From: Azolla caroliniana | Taxonomy: Eukaryota > Plantae > Polypodiophyta | Length of the DNA: 64,000 nucleotides | Direction of reading: 5' to 3' | Assembly (NCBI GenBank): GCA_043228905.1 | Contig: JBHGNT010000007.1 | Location: 9,982,001-10,046,000, forward strand | Part shown: positions 41,201 through 51,800 of the stretch, one piece after another | How positions within the stretch are numbered: position 1 is the first letter of the stretch | Layout: each line of letters starts with the position of its first letter | Notes under the pieces: generated by a model | What the model was told of the DNA's origin: nothing | The model's input: the letters and a program-made list of their open reading frames with translations, nothing else | Database searches by the model: none | Made by a program: the position numbers and the translations under genes

Positions 41201-42354
41201 TCACAACCAGGAAGGTCGTCACCACCAGTTGTTGCTAACATTTTCTTTTGGCTGACATCATCGGATGGTTGAGATTTTGTCTCCTTGTTGAAGAGAAGCT
41301 TTTTTCCTCTCTTCATGTTCTGAGGAACTATTAGTTTTTGGGTCTCAATTGGAGAGCCCTGAATCCGGAGCTTTATCTTCTTCACAGGTTGGTCCGACAA
41401 GTTCTCAAACGACCTATTTAAGACGGGTCATGCAAAAATATAAGTTAGGTGGTTGCCTAGATTAAGGTTGTATATAAAATATACATAAGTAGATGAAGAC
41501 AAAAACTAGCAGGCGATTTGTGGTAAACTATAAATATCAATCATACTTTGAGTGAACATGATAGTCCTTTATTCGGAAATTAATTCTAGTAAGGGCTATT
41601 CAACTTTGAAAATTATATATCTTAATAACTATACAAGGATATGTATCATATTGAAGGGTAGGTATGACTTATATTGATTCCATATCCATATTGTAGAGAA
41701 TTTTCATACGATAGACTTAAATTTGGTATCATAAAGGTAATTCGTGGGTTATTTTCTATTATTTTAAGCTATTATAGGTCATAAAACCTTTTTAAGTAAG
41801 GCCGCTAGTTGTTACAAAATATAGCAAATGTCACTAAAAAAGTCTAAATTGGACATAAAATTTGGTATCTTTTCACACATATACTAAATTGTTCCCTCGA
41901 AGACACAATATTCCTGTTTAAATTTTGTGTTTTATACAATAACTCGATACGGCGTATCGAAATCATGTATAAATCACAAAATTTAAACAGGAATTCGATA
42001 CAGGGTATGGAGTTCATGTATAAAACACATACTTTACATAGGAACTCGATACGACGTATCGAGTTCCTATGCAAAACACGAACTTGTGATAGGAACTCGA
42101 TACGACGTATCGAGTTCCTGTTTAAAGTTTGTGTTTCATACAGGAACTGGATATGGCGTATCGAGCTCCTATTACAAGTTCGTGTTTGCACAGGAACTCG
42201 ATACGGCGTATCAAGTTCTTGTTTGAAATACGAACTTTATACAGGAACTCGATACGCCGTATCGAGTTCTTGAGTGCTAAAACATATTTACAAAAATGTT
42301 CAGATTGTCAAGCGCTTACCTGGAGTCTTGACGCTCGATTTTCTTTGAAGACAT
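38229..42354 (-). pseudogene. Spliced ParB/Srx-like domain plus beta-class N6-adenine/N4-cytosine DNA methyltransferase (~960 codons). Exons 42354-42320, 41413-39777, 39700-39562, 39478-39012, 38923-38631, 38538-38229
   Basis: Five GT-AG introns; the first four junctions are phase-consistent and the last is off by one base. MTase motifs in beta order: GDVIDMIQKLPKKEYTLMIADIAY (motif IV, 39206-39217), AWIKTN...EYI, NPYQKPQRLMMRLIEMFSVEGDWILDLFSGTG, TTFACVLKLFRNTVALETD. ParB-like VIGGWHSMEARRQL...LAWDHNNDNDYRQKMS. Stops and frameshifts present. Confidence 0.82.
41911..42271. repeat. Array of seven 29-bp palindromes (consensus AGGAACTCGATACG-N-CGTATCGAGTTCCT) at 51-bp period
   Basis: Copies start at 41938, 41989, 42040, 42091, 42142, 42192 and 42243; 21-22-bp spacers are homologous to each other; a half copy lies near 41911. 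Confidence 0.95.
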
Positions 42355-42488
42355 GGTTCACGTTGTCGATGCTTAGGGGGAGATGACAATTTGGTGCTTC
42401 GTGCTCTATGTGCTTTGTCTGCTCTGTGTGCTCTTGTGCTTTATTCTACGCGTGTGCTTTGTGTGATTGAGATATGAGGAGGTCTTCC

Positions 42489-42496
42489 TATTTATA
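42489..42496 (-). promoter_or_regulatory. Candidate TATA box of the cargo gene
   Basis: CCTATAAATAG on the minus strand about 135 bp upstream of the ATG at 42354. Confidence 0.55.
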
Positions 42497-43276
42497 GGGA
42501 TTGACCACAGTGGTTAAAATAACCACAATCACTTTAACTAGGGTTGGCAAGCTTAAGGTTAGTTAGTTAGACCTAAGAAAGAGTTACTTTATTTAGTACA
42601 TAATCTTGAGTGTATCAATCACTCTCTAATGGATTTGAATTAAATGATGCTTATGAATGCATCAATGATTAAATACTCAAACTAACATATTAATGATTTT
42701 TTTATAGTCAAACTAACATACAATCACTTTGAAGGTCATGAAGGAAACAATGATAGAGGTTCATGAATGAACCAATAATTGAATACTCAAAGCAACATTT
42801 TTATGACTCTTAATTGCTTTGTATTAAAGATGTGGCCATGAATGAAAAAATGATTGAAAAGGCTTATATTTAAAATGTTGGGCATGAATGAACCAATGAT
42901 TGAGAAGTGCCATTAATTAACCAATGATTTTAACTTTAAACCAATATATATATGGCTTGGTAATGATTGTAATTATATTATACTTCATGGCTAAAGTAAA
43001 TTTAATTTAAATTATATATTATAGGATTAATAAGGTATAAAATATAATTGATTCAACTTTATATTGACTAGTTTAAGTAATTATTAATATGTTGAATACA
43101 ATTATTATATTAAAAATAATATCTTTATTTATTGTATTAATATAATATTAAATAATATAGACATTATATTGAGGGAGCTTCTGTTTAGAGAGGAGTTTAT
43201 GTTTAGAGAGGAGCTTATCAGTTTTTTATATTAGCCCAAGCACATAACTTAAAGAGCTCTGTGTGGACCTTAAGCC

Positions 43277-45854
43277 ATGAGTGAAGACTCACCGTTCTTG
43301 ATTGAAGAATATTGTTTGTCATCAGACTCTTCGTTTTCTACCGAAGAGTATTGTCTGTTGACAGACTCACCATTTTCTATCGAAGAATATTTTCTGAGCT
43401 CATCTTCACCTACAACGCATGTGAATAATGACACATGTGCAGAGTTCTCTATTGAAGAATACGATATTAATAAAGATACGGAGAATGAAGGTAGTGCCAA
43501 TGAAACATCGAATATCATGGGCGATGGTCACAATAAAGAATTGGATAGTAACAAGGTTACACCAACTTCTATGTAGGAAGAGAAATCTGGAAGCCCTATG
43601 CATATTAGAAGAATCCCACGAAGAATTCGTCTGGCTAGATTTAAGTTGGTGACATCAGATAAGTAGATTGGATTTGATGTGAAAAAAATATGTTGTGCCC
43701 GTGGTTGTATGTTTATGATTGGAAAATCAAAGTTGCGAGAATTAAGGCGATACTATTTTTCAATGACTGGTGATGAGCAAGACAGTTACCTCAAGTCACA
43801 TACGCAACTAGTGTCTGACAAATGTATCGGGATCAAAATATCATTCGATTATTATATCTTCCATGCACAACAGATATGTAGAGTTGCATTCAAAATTGCG
43901 TTATGTGTTAGTAACATGCGGCTACATAGAGTACAACAACGTCTACTTAGCGGGGATCAAATGCTCAATTGTAAAGAGGTTCCAAGTATGATAGGTGCAA
44001 TTGGAAGACATGTTATTGGTTGGATGAAAAGCTACTTTCAGTTAAATTGTGAAGTAATGCACACTACAGGTAGGATGCACCTCTCTGATAATTACACACG
44101 TCGGGAAGTTTATGATGTTTATCGATCTGATATGGTGGGCTCATGTAATAAATCTGTCACATATAGCCAATTCACAAGATTATGGAGAGCTCGGTTTTCA
44201 AATGTTATCATTCCACGTAAAGTACGCATGGGGTATTGCTCCATTTGTGCAAATCTTAAAAGTTTGGCTAAAGGTGCAAAGACACCAATGGAAAATGATA
44301 TGAGTAAGAAGTTACTACAGGAGCATCGTGAGGCACAATCGTTAGAACGAAAGAAGGCGATGCATAATAGAGAGAAGTGTTTGAAGAGGCCCGAACAATA
44401 CATGTGCTTAATGACAGATGGCATGGACCAGAAGAAGATGTGCTTGCCGCATATGCGGAGGCTCCCCAAAGACGTCAATGATGAGTGCCTTGTTCAAATG
44501 CACTTGGTGGGATGCTTGGCTTATAATAGGTTAGTTGAACCTCACGTCTTCATTACATACCCCAATGTTCCCAATGACCTTAACGTAACAGTTATAGTGA
44601 TTCATCGAGTTTTGATGTCTTGGGGCCAACCGTTCCCCCCTGTTCTTTACATTCAATTGGACAATACTACTAGAGAGAACAAAAATTCAACTGTGTTTGG
44701 CTATCTAAGTACGTTGGTCAACCAAGGATTGTTTAGAAAAGTGAAAGTCAATTTTCTTTTGGTTGGCCACACACATGATCATATAGATAAGATGTTTAGC
44801 ACATTCTCCAGACAGTTGTCTCGGCATGATACTTTCACCTTACCAAAACTATTTGATGTCATTTGTGATGCATATACACCACGCCCAAAAGTGTTACACT
44901 TGAAGGAGGTATATGACTTTAAGAGATATATATCAGATGGGGGTGTTGGGAATGTTAAAGTGCTTGCCAAGTTAAACAATATAAGCTTCAATCACATTTT
45001 TATGATAAAGAAAAATGAAATAAGTTGTTCCACGCTTTTGTATGCTAAACAATATTCATCTTCTACAACATGGGAACCTGAAGGTGATTGCTAGTTATTA
45101 TTTTGTATCCCGAGTACAATTGTCCATGGAGCTAAACAAATGCCAATTGAGAAGAAAGGACAATTGCATAATGACTTGGTATCGGAACAAAAACGGTTAT
45201 GGCTCCAAGCCTTAGAAGAAAAAAGAAAGCATATTGAGGCCGCCAAGAAATATGCCGCACAACAAGACACGTCATGGTGGGATGTATTTTTTAGTGATCA
45301 GAAAGGAATTATAGAAATTTGTGTATTTGGTGATAATTGGAATTTGGAAATGCCATTCACATGGTTGCGACAACATGATCGTGGAAATAAAACTCCAGAG
45401 CAACCAATAAATGTGATTAATGACAGTTTGGTCTATCCACAACACACATACATTTATGTGGGTAAACGTTCATTGGTACAACACTAGAAGTGCAAATGCT
45501 TTTACAGGTAAGTATACATTGGAGATGATTGAATGCCCAACGACAAAGGGAGGTAGGAAGAGGAAGCGAAACATTCGTAACACCTCGACCCTTGATATCT
45601 CTGATGTGGATATCATCGTGTACAAGTTCACGCTTACAAAATCCGGACGATTAAGGAAGTCAACAATAGATATAATAAAAGAAAAATTACCAGGTCTACA
45701 AGCTGGCTCGAGTCGAAGGCAAACGAGATCTGCTACATATAATCTAGAGTCAAACCATTTGGTTTATGACAAAAATAATGCACTGATTGGTACATCCGAG
45801 GATGACGAGGAGGAATCATCATTGTGTATTAGTTATAGTAGTGATTCTCCGTAA
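43277..45854 (+). pseudogene. Sola-like DDD transposase (core ORF 43679-45094), disrupted
   Basis: CSIC zinc-like motif, MTDGMDQKK, YIQLDNTTRENKN, FLLVGHTHDHIDKMFS; ORFs 43277, 43679 and 45140 share one frame separated by TAG stops; frameshift near 45480. Confidence 0.82.
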
Positions 45855-48800
45855 AGGAGTGATCATGAATGTATTTTTGGCTATTAAGTGTAACTATATT
45901 CCGCTTGTAACAAATCGAGTAATATAAAAGCATGCGTTTTGAATTCTTATGATTTCTAAAAAATCGTTTCTTATAAAATAACATTGGTTGTAAAGTTTGT
46001 GATATAAATTGAGAATGTAACTTTTTGAAATTCCTCTTTTTTTATTTATTTCTAAATCACAAAAATAGTGGATTTTTAACCTTTTTCATAGTATATTTGA
46101 ACATGTATGATATTGGTATTAATGTGTTTTCTAAAATCATTGAAAAAGTACTAAAATCAACAAAAATATTCCTTATCCGTCCATTTATGCGCGATCCTTC
46201 CACTTGTGAACGCGAACGTCTTAGAGGAATCTAATGATGCATCATGAAGCAAGTGTCTCGCATTCCATCTACCAAACCATTTTTCTATATCTTGCATCCA
46301 ACTGGAACACAAAATTATGTTTTTATGCGTCTTTTGGATCATTTTGCTTGCTTCCCACGCAATTCTAGGAAGTCGATGTGAGGGACTTTTTTGAACCTTA
46401 AGCATGTATTCAACAACCCTTTCCATGGCCATGATCTCAATGGGAAGCGATTCCATCTCAAGGACGAGGGTGTATAAACTTTGTAAGAAAATGTTTTTGG
46501 ACATTTTCAAACTCTTTCCACATAGATTTAGGGATGCTGCTACCCCATACTTCCACCCCATAGAGAAGAACCGGTGTCACCAAAGTGTCGAAAAGATATT
46601 TCTTGAGTACCTAACACTTAATATTTCCAAGATTGCATGTGTTCTCAAATGAATAGTATGCTCGCTTACCCACCTCTAAGCGGCGTGTAACACATTCATT
46701 CCATCTATGATTTGAAGGAACTTTAAGGCCAAGATATTTGAGGCTTTCCACACAATCAATGGCTCATTGTTATACATAATGCATGGTTTATCCCTTTTTC
46801 GACTCTTCACAAGCATAATCTTTGTTTTAGAGTTATTGACACTTAATTTAGTATGCATGAATTTTTTTTCCAATGCCTTCATTAACTTTTGTGCATCTCC
46901 TAAAGTATTTGCAAAAAACACTACATCATCTACATATAGGTAAAGCATAATCACAACATTCCCAATGGCAACTTCTTCAACACATTCTTCCTTTGCAAAC
47001 TTGGTAACCATTTTTTCCAATTCATCAATGCATAAACCAAATACTGTTGGTGAGAGTGGGCATCCTTGCGTAACACCAATAGTGTTTTGGAAAAAATCTG
47101 AAAGTTTATCTCTCATACGCTCACAACATATAACCTTCTCATAAATTTGAGAAATTGCAAGCATATATTCACTTGGCACCTCAAGTTCTTCCATTCGCCT
47201 CCAAAGATGTTCATGAGGTACCATATCAAAAGCTTTCTTGAAGTCTACAAAGCAACAATATAAACCTTTACCTCTAAGACAACTTTCCTCCATTAATACT
47301 CGAAGGGTGATAAGGTGATCAATGGTGCTATGGTGTTTTCGAAAGCCAGCTTGTCCATAAGCTCTCTTACCATTTCTTTCCAGCCCATACACTTATATTT
47401 GATTCCATTATACATCCAAACAGTTTTGCCATTAATGAGCCAAACATGATGGTTCGATAGTTGTTTACATTATTTACATCTCCACCTTTATGTAAAGGTT
47501 TGATCCAATTTGTAGTCCAATTGTACGACATACCATGTTGCAATGCATCATTAAACATATCACTTATCCATACATGTGCTTCCTTTCCCGTCCATTTGAG
47601 CATTTTAGCCTTTATACATTGAAGATCGCTTGCCTTTCGAGAGGCCAATTTCTTAAGTCCTATGCATATATCTTCAATTGTAAAGAAGGGAGGCATATGT
47701 GAAAGAGAACCATAACACCATCTTTCCGGCAAGAGATAACTCATATAAATTCTTACAATGCATAGAAAAGTCGTGAAGAGTTAAGTCAGCATAACTCTCA
47801 ACATGTTTCCCTTTAGATTTCCCCAAAATTTAGCACATGCATGTGCTTTCTCTTGCGTTTGGATAAATTTTTGATTAACTTCCCATATTCTTCTTGTAAA
47901 GAATCAAGAGATGGATTCTGTGTAGCGGAATAGATATGAACTGTGTGTGTATGTGTATGAAAGTGAAAGAGAGAGTGAGAGAGACAAGGAGTAAGACACA
48001 GAGAATACGCAAGGTAAAAGTATATTAACAAACGAGAAAGACTCAACATTATACAAGGTGGGAGGAGGGTGCTTTATATAGTCACCCTCTCTCTTCATTA
48101 ACTACCAGACTCATGAAGCATGGGGAATGTGAAAACTCATACGTTATGTGTCATAGAATATGATTCTATGACTCATACTAAATTCTAGAATACTAAGTGG
48201 TGACATAATGGCGTCTCTTGACCGTTGGAGTGTCTATTCACTCTCAAGGCGTGTTCACACACTAGACCAAGTTGAGCTTGATTCTCAACACGGTCCCTCA
48301 AGCTCAAGTCGGGCTAGTTTTAGACAGTATCCGAAACCCGCTTTGACTCGAGTTCAGGAGTCCGCGTCGACTCGCATTTATGCAGAGTTGCGGAATCCGT
48401 GCTCCAGCTTGCGTTGTGCGTAGTTGCGAAGTCTGTGGTTCGGCTTGCATCTTTCTTTGCGGCTTTGCGCAGTTGATCGGCTCTTCGCGCCTTCGTTCCG
48501 CGGTTGCGGAATCGATGCATTATTGCGTAGTGTCTTCAGTACTCCCCCTCAAGCTTGGCAGGTCAGGGATCGTCAATTCGAGATCGGTCATGAGTTGCCA
48601 TAGCTTGTCAGCTCCTAAGGCTTTAGTGAAGATGTCGGACGTTTGAAGATTTGTGTTAATGTGTTGTAGGTCGACATCGTCAGCTAGAATGCGCTCTCGG
48701 ATGAAGTGATAGTGCAATTCGATGTGGTTTGTCTGTGCGTGGAACATCGGGTTTCGAGCCAGATAGATATTGCTCATGTTGTCGCTATAAAGGGAAGTCG

Positions 48801-51800
48801 AATCCTTGATGGGTACACCCAGATCCTTGAGTATCCTTTTGAGCCATACGACTTCACATGCGGCCACTGCTGCGCCCCTATATTCCGCCTCTGTTTTCGA
48901 AAGAGCGACGGTTGGTTGCTTTTTGCTGCTCCAGGATATTGCTCCGTTGCCGAGGGGAAAAACAAATCCGGATTTTGATTTTCTATCGGCTTTGTAGCAG
49001 GCCCAATCGGCGTCTGTGTACCCCTCGAGTCGTATTGGCATCGCGGTCTTGTAGAGGATGCCGCAATCCATTATGCCGCTCACATATCGTAGAACTCGCC
49101 TAGCACAATCCAAGTGAGTATCACACGGTGTTTGCATGAATTGACTAAGGAAACCGACTGGATAACTGATATCGGGTCGAGTGATCGTGAGGTAGATGAG
49201 ACTCCCGATGAGTTGCCGATACTAAGTCGGCTCACACGCTTTGGTGCCGGAGTTCACATCCAGTTTGAGATTGCGATCGAGTGGGGTTGCCGCGGATTTG
49301 CACTCAGCCATACCTGACTTGTATAACAAGTTGCGGATGTAGTGCTGTTGAGAGATCATGATTCCGGCCGGAGTCCGAATTACCTCAATGCCGAGGAAGT
49401 AGTGGAGCTCCTTCATGTTTGTCATCTCGAACTTTTCGGAAAGGAGGGATTTGACCTCATTGATTTCGACGAGATGCTCACCTCCAATGACTAGGTTATC
49501 CACATATAAGATGATGACGATCGGACTTGCGGAATCGCTTCGTATGTAGAGGGAGTTGTCCGATTTTGATATACGGAAGCCGATTTGATGAAGATATTGC
49601 GTTATCTTTGAATGCCAAGCACGCGGTGCTTGCTTGAGGCCATAGAGTGGCTTCATGAGTCCGCATACAGCTTTCAGATGGGTGCTCGAGTTGAAGCCGG
49701 GTGGTTGTATCATGTACACCTCCTCTTCTAATTCGCCTTGTAGAAAGATGTTCTTGACGTCCATTTGATGGAGGTGCCACCCTTTTGCCGCGACAAGCGC
49801 AATTAGGGTCCATATCGTCGTCATCTTTGCCACCGGGGCAAAGGTCTCCTCGTAGTCAACTCCGTGCGTTTGGGCATAGCCTTTCTCTACGAGTCGCGCT
49901 TTGTAGCGGTTGACGGAACCATCGACGTTGTACTTCACTTTGTAAATCCATTTGCATCCGATCACCTTTTGGTGTAGTGAGGTGGGAACGAGATCCCATG
50001 TCTTGTTCTTGCGTAGTGCCTGCCATCTCCCCATTCATTGCTTGGATCCATTGCGGATCCTTGGCTGCTTCGGAAAATGTTTCCGGCTCGCGTACTGTCG
50101 CCACCTTCATCATAAAAGCATAGTGATATGCCATGTAGTCATTGTAGCCAAATCGACTGACCGGATTCTTTTCACGGGTGGAGCGACGAAGCTTTTCATT
50201 TGAAGAGATGAGGGCTTTCTTAGCTCCGATTGGTACATCGAAGCCATCGAACTCATTGTCGAGTGAGTGAGTCGACTCATCATCGTCGAAGCGATCGTCT
50301 TCGTATTCCGACATTTTTGCCTTGCCTTTGTCCATCTTCGGGCTAGGCCGTGATATGCTTTGATTGCTCAAAGGCTCTTGTGGTCCGCTCAGTCGGGTCG
50401 TGATCATACTTTCTTCGAACATGCACGCAAGGCGATCTTCATCCTCTATCTCTTGTTCGGTGGATTCCGGATCGAGCGGAGTCGGAGTTGAGGTTGTCTC
50501 TGGTGCGTACCAGGATGCGGACTCGTCAAGAATGACGTCTCGACTTACTCGAGATTTTCGAGTTGAGGGGTTGTAGCACTTGTACCCCTTTGGCTCCAGT
50601 GAGTATCCTACGAGGATACATTTCTCCGACTTCGGGGATGTGCACGTACGCTATCGCGCCGAATATCCGGGTGTGCGATAAGTCCAGCTTCTTTCCGAAG
50701 TATTTTCCGTGCGGAGTGAACTCGTGCAGTCTGGATGTTGTGCACTGGTTCATTAGGTAGACGACCGTATTTGCAGCTTCTGCCCAATATGACTTGGGGA
50801 TATGCTTCCAGGATGTGCCGATTTTTGCGCTCGGCTACTCCGTTTTGTTGTGGAGTGTGTCGGCAAGTGAATTCTCACCGAATTCCTTCCTTTCGGAGAT
50901 ACGCCGTGAAATCGTCCGAGAAGTACTACTTGCCGCCATCCGATCGAAGGCATCGTACATGACGACCAATGGCTTTTTCGACTTTGTTTTTAAACCTTTG
51001 GAAGTGTCGCATCAAATAGAGCCACGTGTGTCTGGAGAAGTCGTCGATGAAGAGCACGTAATATCGGCATCCGCCGAATGTAGCTGTTTACGACGGTCCC
51101 CATACATCGGAATGGACTACGTTGAGTAGACCTTTGCTCACGTTCCGTTCTTTTGGGAATGGGTGTCGGTGTTGCTTGCCGAATTGGCATGATTCGCATA
51201 CACCTTCAATCTCCTTCTCTTTGAATGTTGGGAGTCCGATGACAACTCCTTTTGATTTCATTGCTTTGAGTTTGTTGAGATTGATGTGGTCGATTCGCTT
51301 GTGCCATAGCTCTATGTCGGAGTCGGCTTTCGTGCTTTTTGCGAACATGGCGGATTTCATCTCGTGGGAATCAAGAATGAACATACGGCCCTCTCTTCTT
51401 CCGCACGCGATGATTCGGCCCTCTTTTTTGATGAAGCACGCTTCTTGGTCAAATCGTACTTGCATCCCTTGCTCAACCATCTGGACGACCGAGACCAAAT
51501 TCTTCATGATGGTGGGAACACGCAAGACATGTTTGCTTACCTCTTTCGCCGAACGGAACATTGCTGATGAGCCAAATTGGGTGTGTAGTGTCATCTCCAG
51601 TTTCGACATAACCGGGTTGCTCCGGCTCTCGATGTTCAAGAAACCATTCTTTATGAGATGTCATATGGTTTGAGGCTCTGGAGTCAACAAACCATATGTC
51701 CTCCGGATTGAGGGCACTAGTTGAGGTAGAGGCCGACATAGAGTTTTCTCTATGTTTCATCATGAACATTCCGCCACGGTCGGAGTTGTGTGCATACATT

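Larger units (their letters stand above)
37194..46222 (+). mobile_element. Sola-like DNA transposon, 9029 bp, with transposase and ParB-methyltransferase cargo gene
   Basis: TIRs AACACGTTCGCGTTCACAAGTGGAAGGATCGC (37194-37225) and 46191-46222, one mismatch in 32; TSD AGAG at 37190-37193 and 46223-46226; the empty site is visible in the sister LINE at about 62881-62910. Confidence 0.92.

Noticed and set aside
41911-42271. CRISPR array (29-bp palindromic repeats with ~22-bp spacers)
   Set aside because: Spacers are homologous to one another rather than unique, there are no cas genes, and the array lies in a spliceosomal intron of a plant transposon
38229-42354. Bacterial contamination or an R-M system
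   Set aside because: The gene has GT-AG introns and a TATA box, is enclosed by TIRs/TSD within a plant LINE, and no restriction endonuclease is evident
41844-42386. ORFs with repeated NSIRRIEF peptides on both strands
   Set aside because: By-product of a 51-bp (multiple of 3) palindromic repeat
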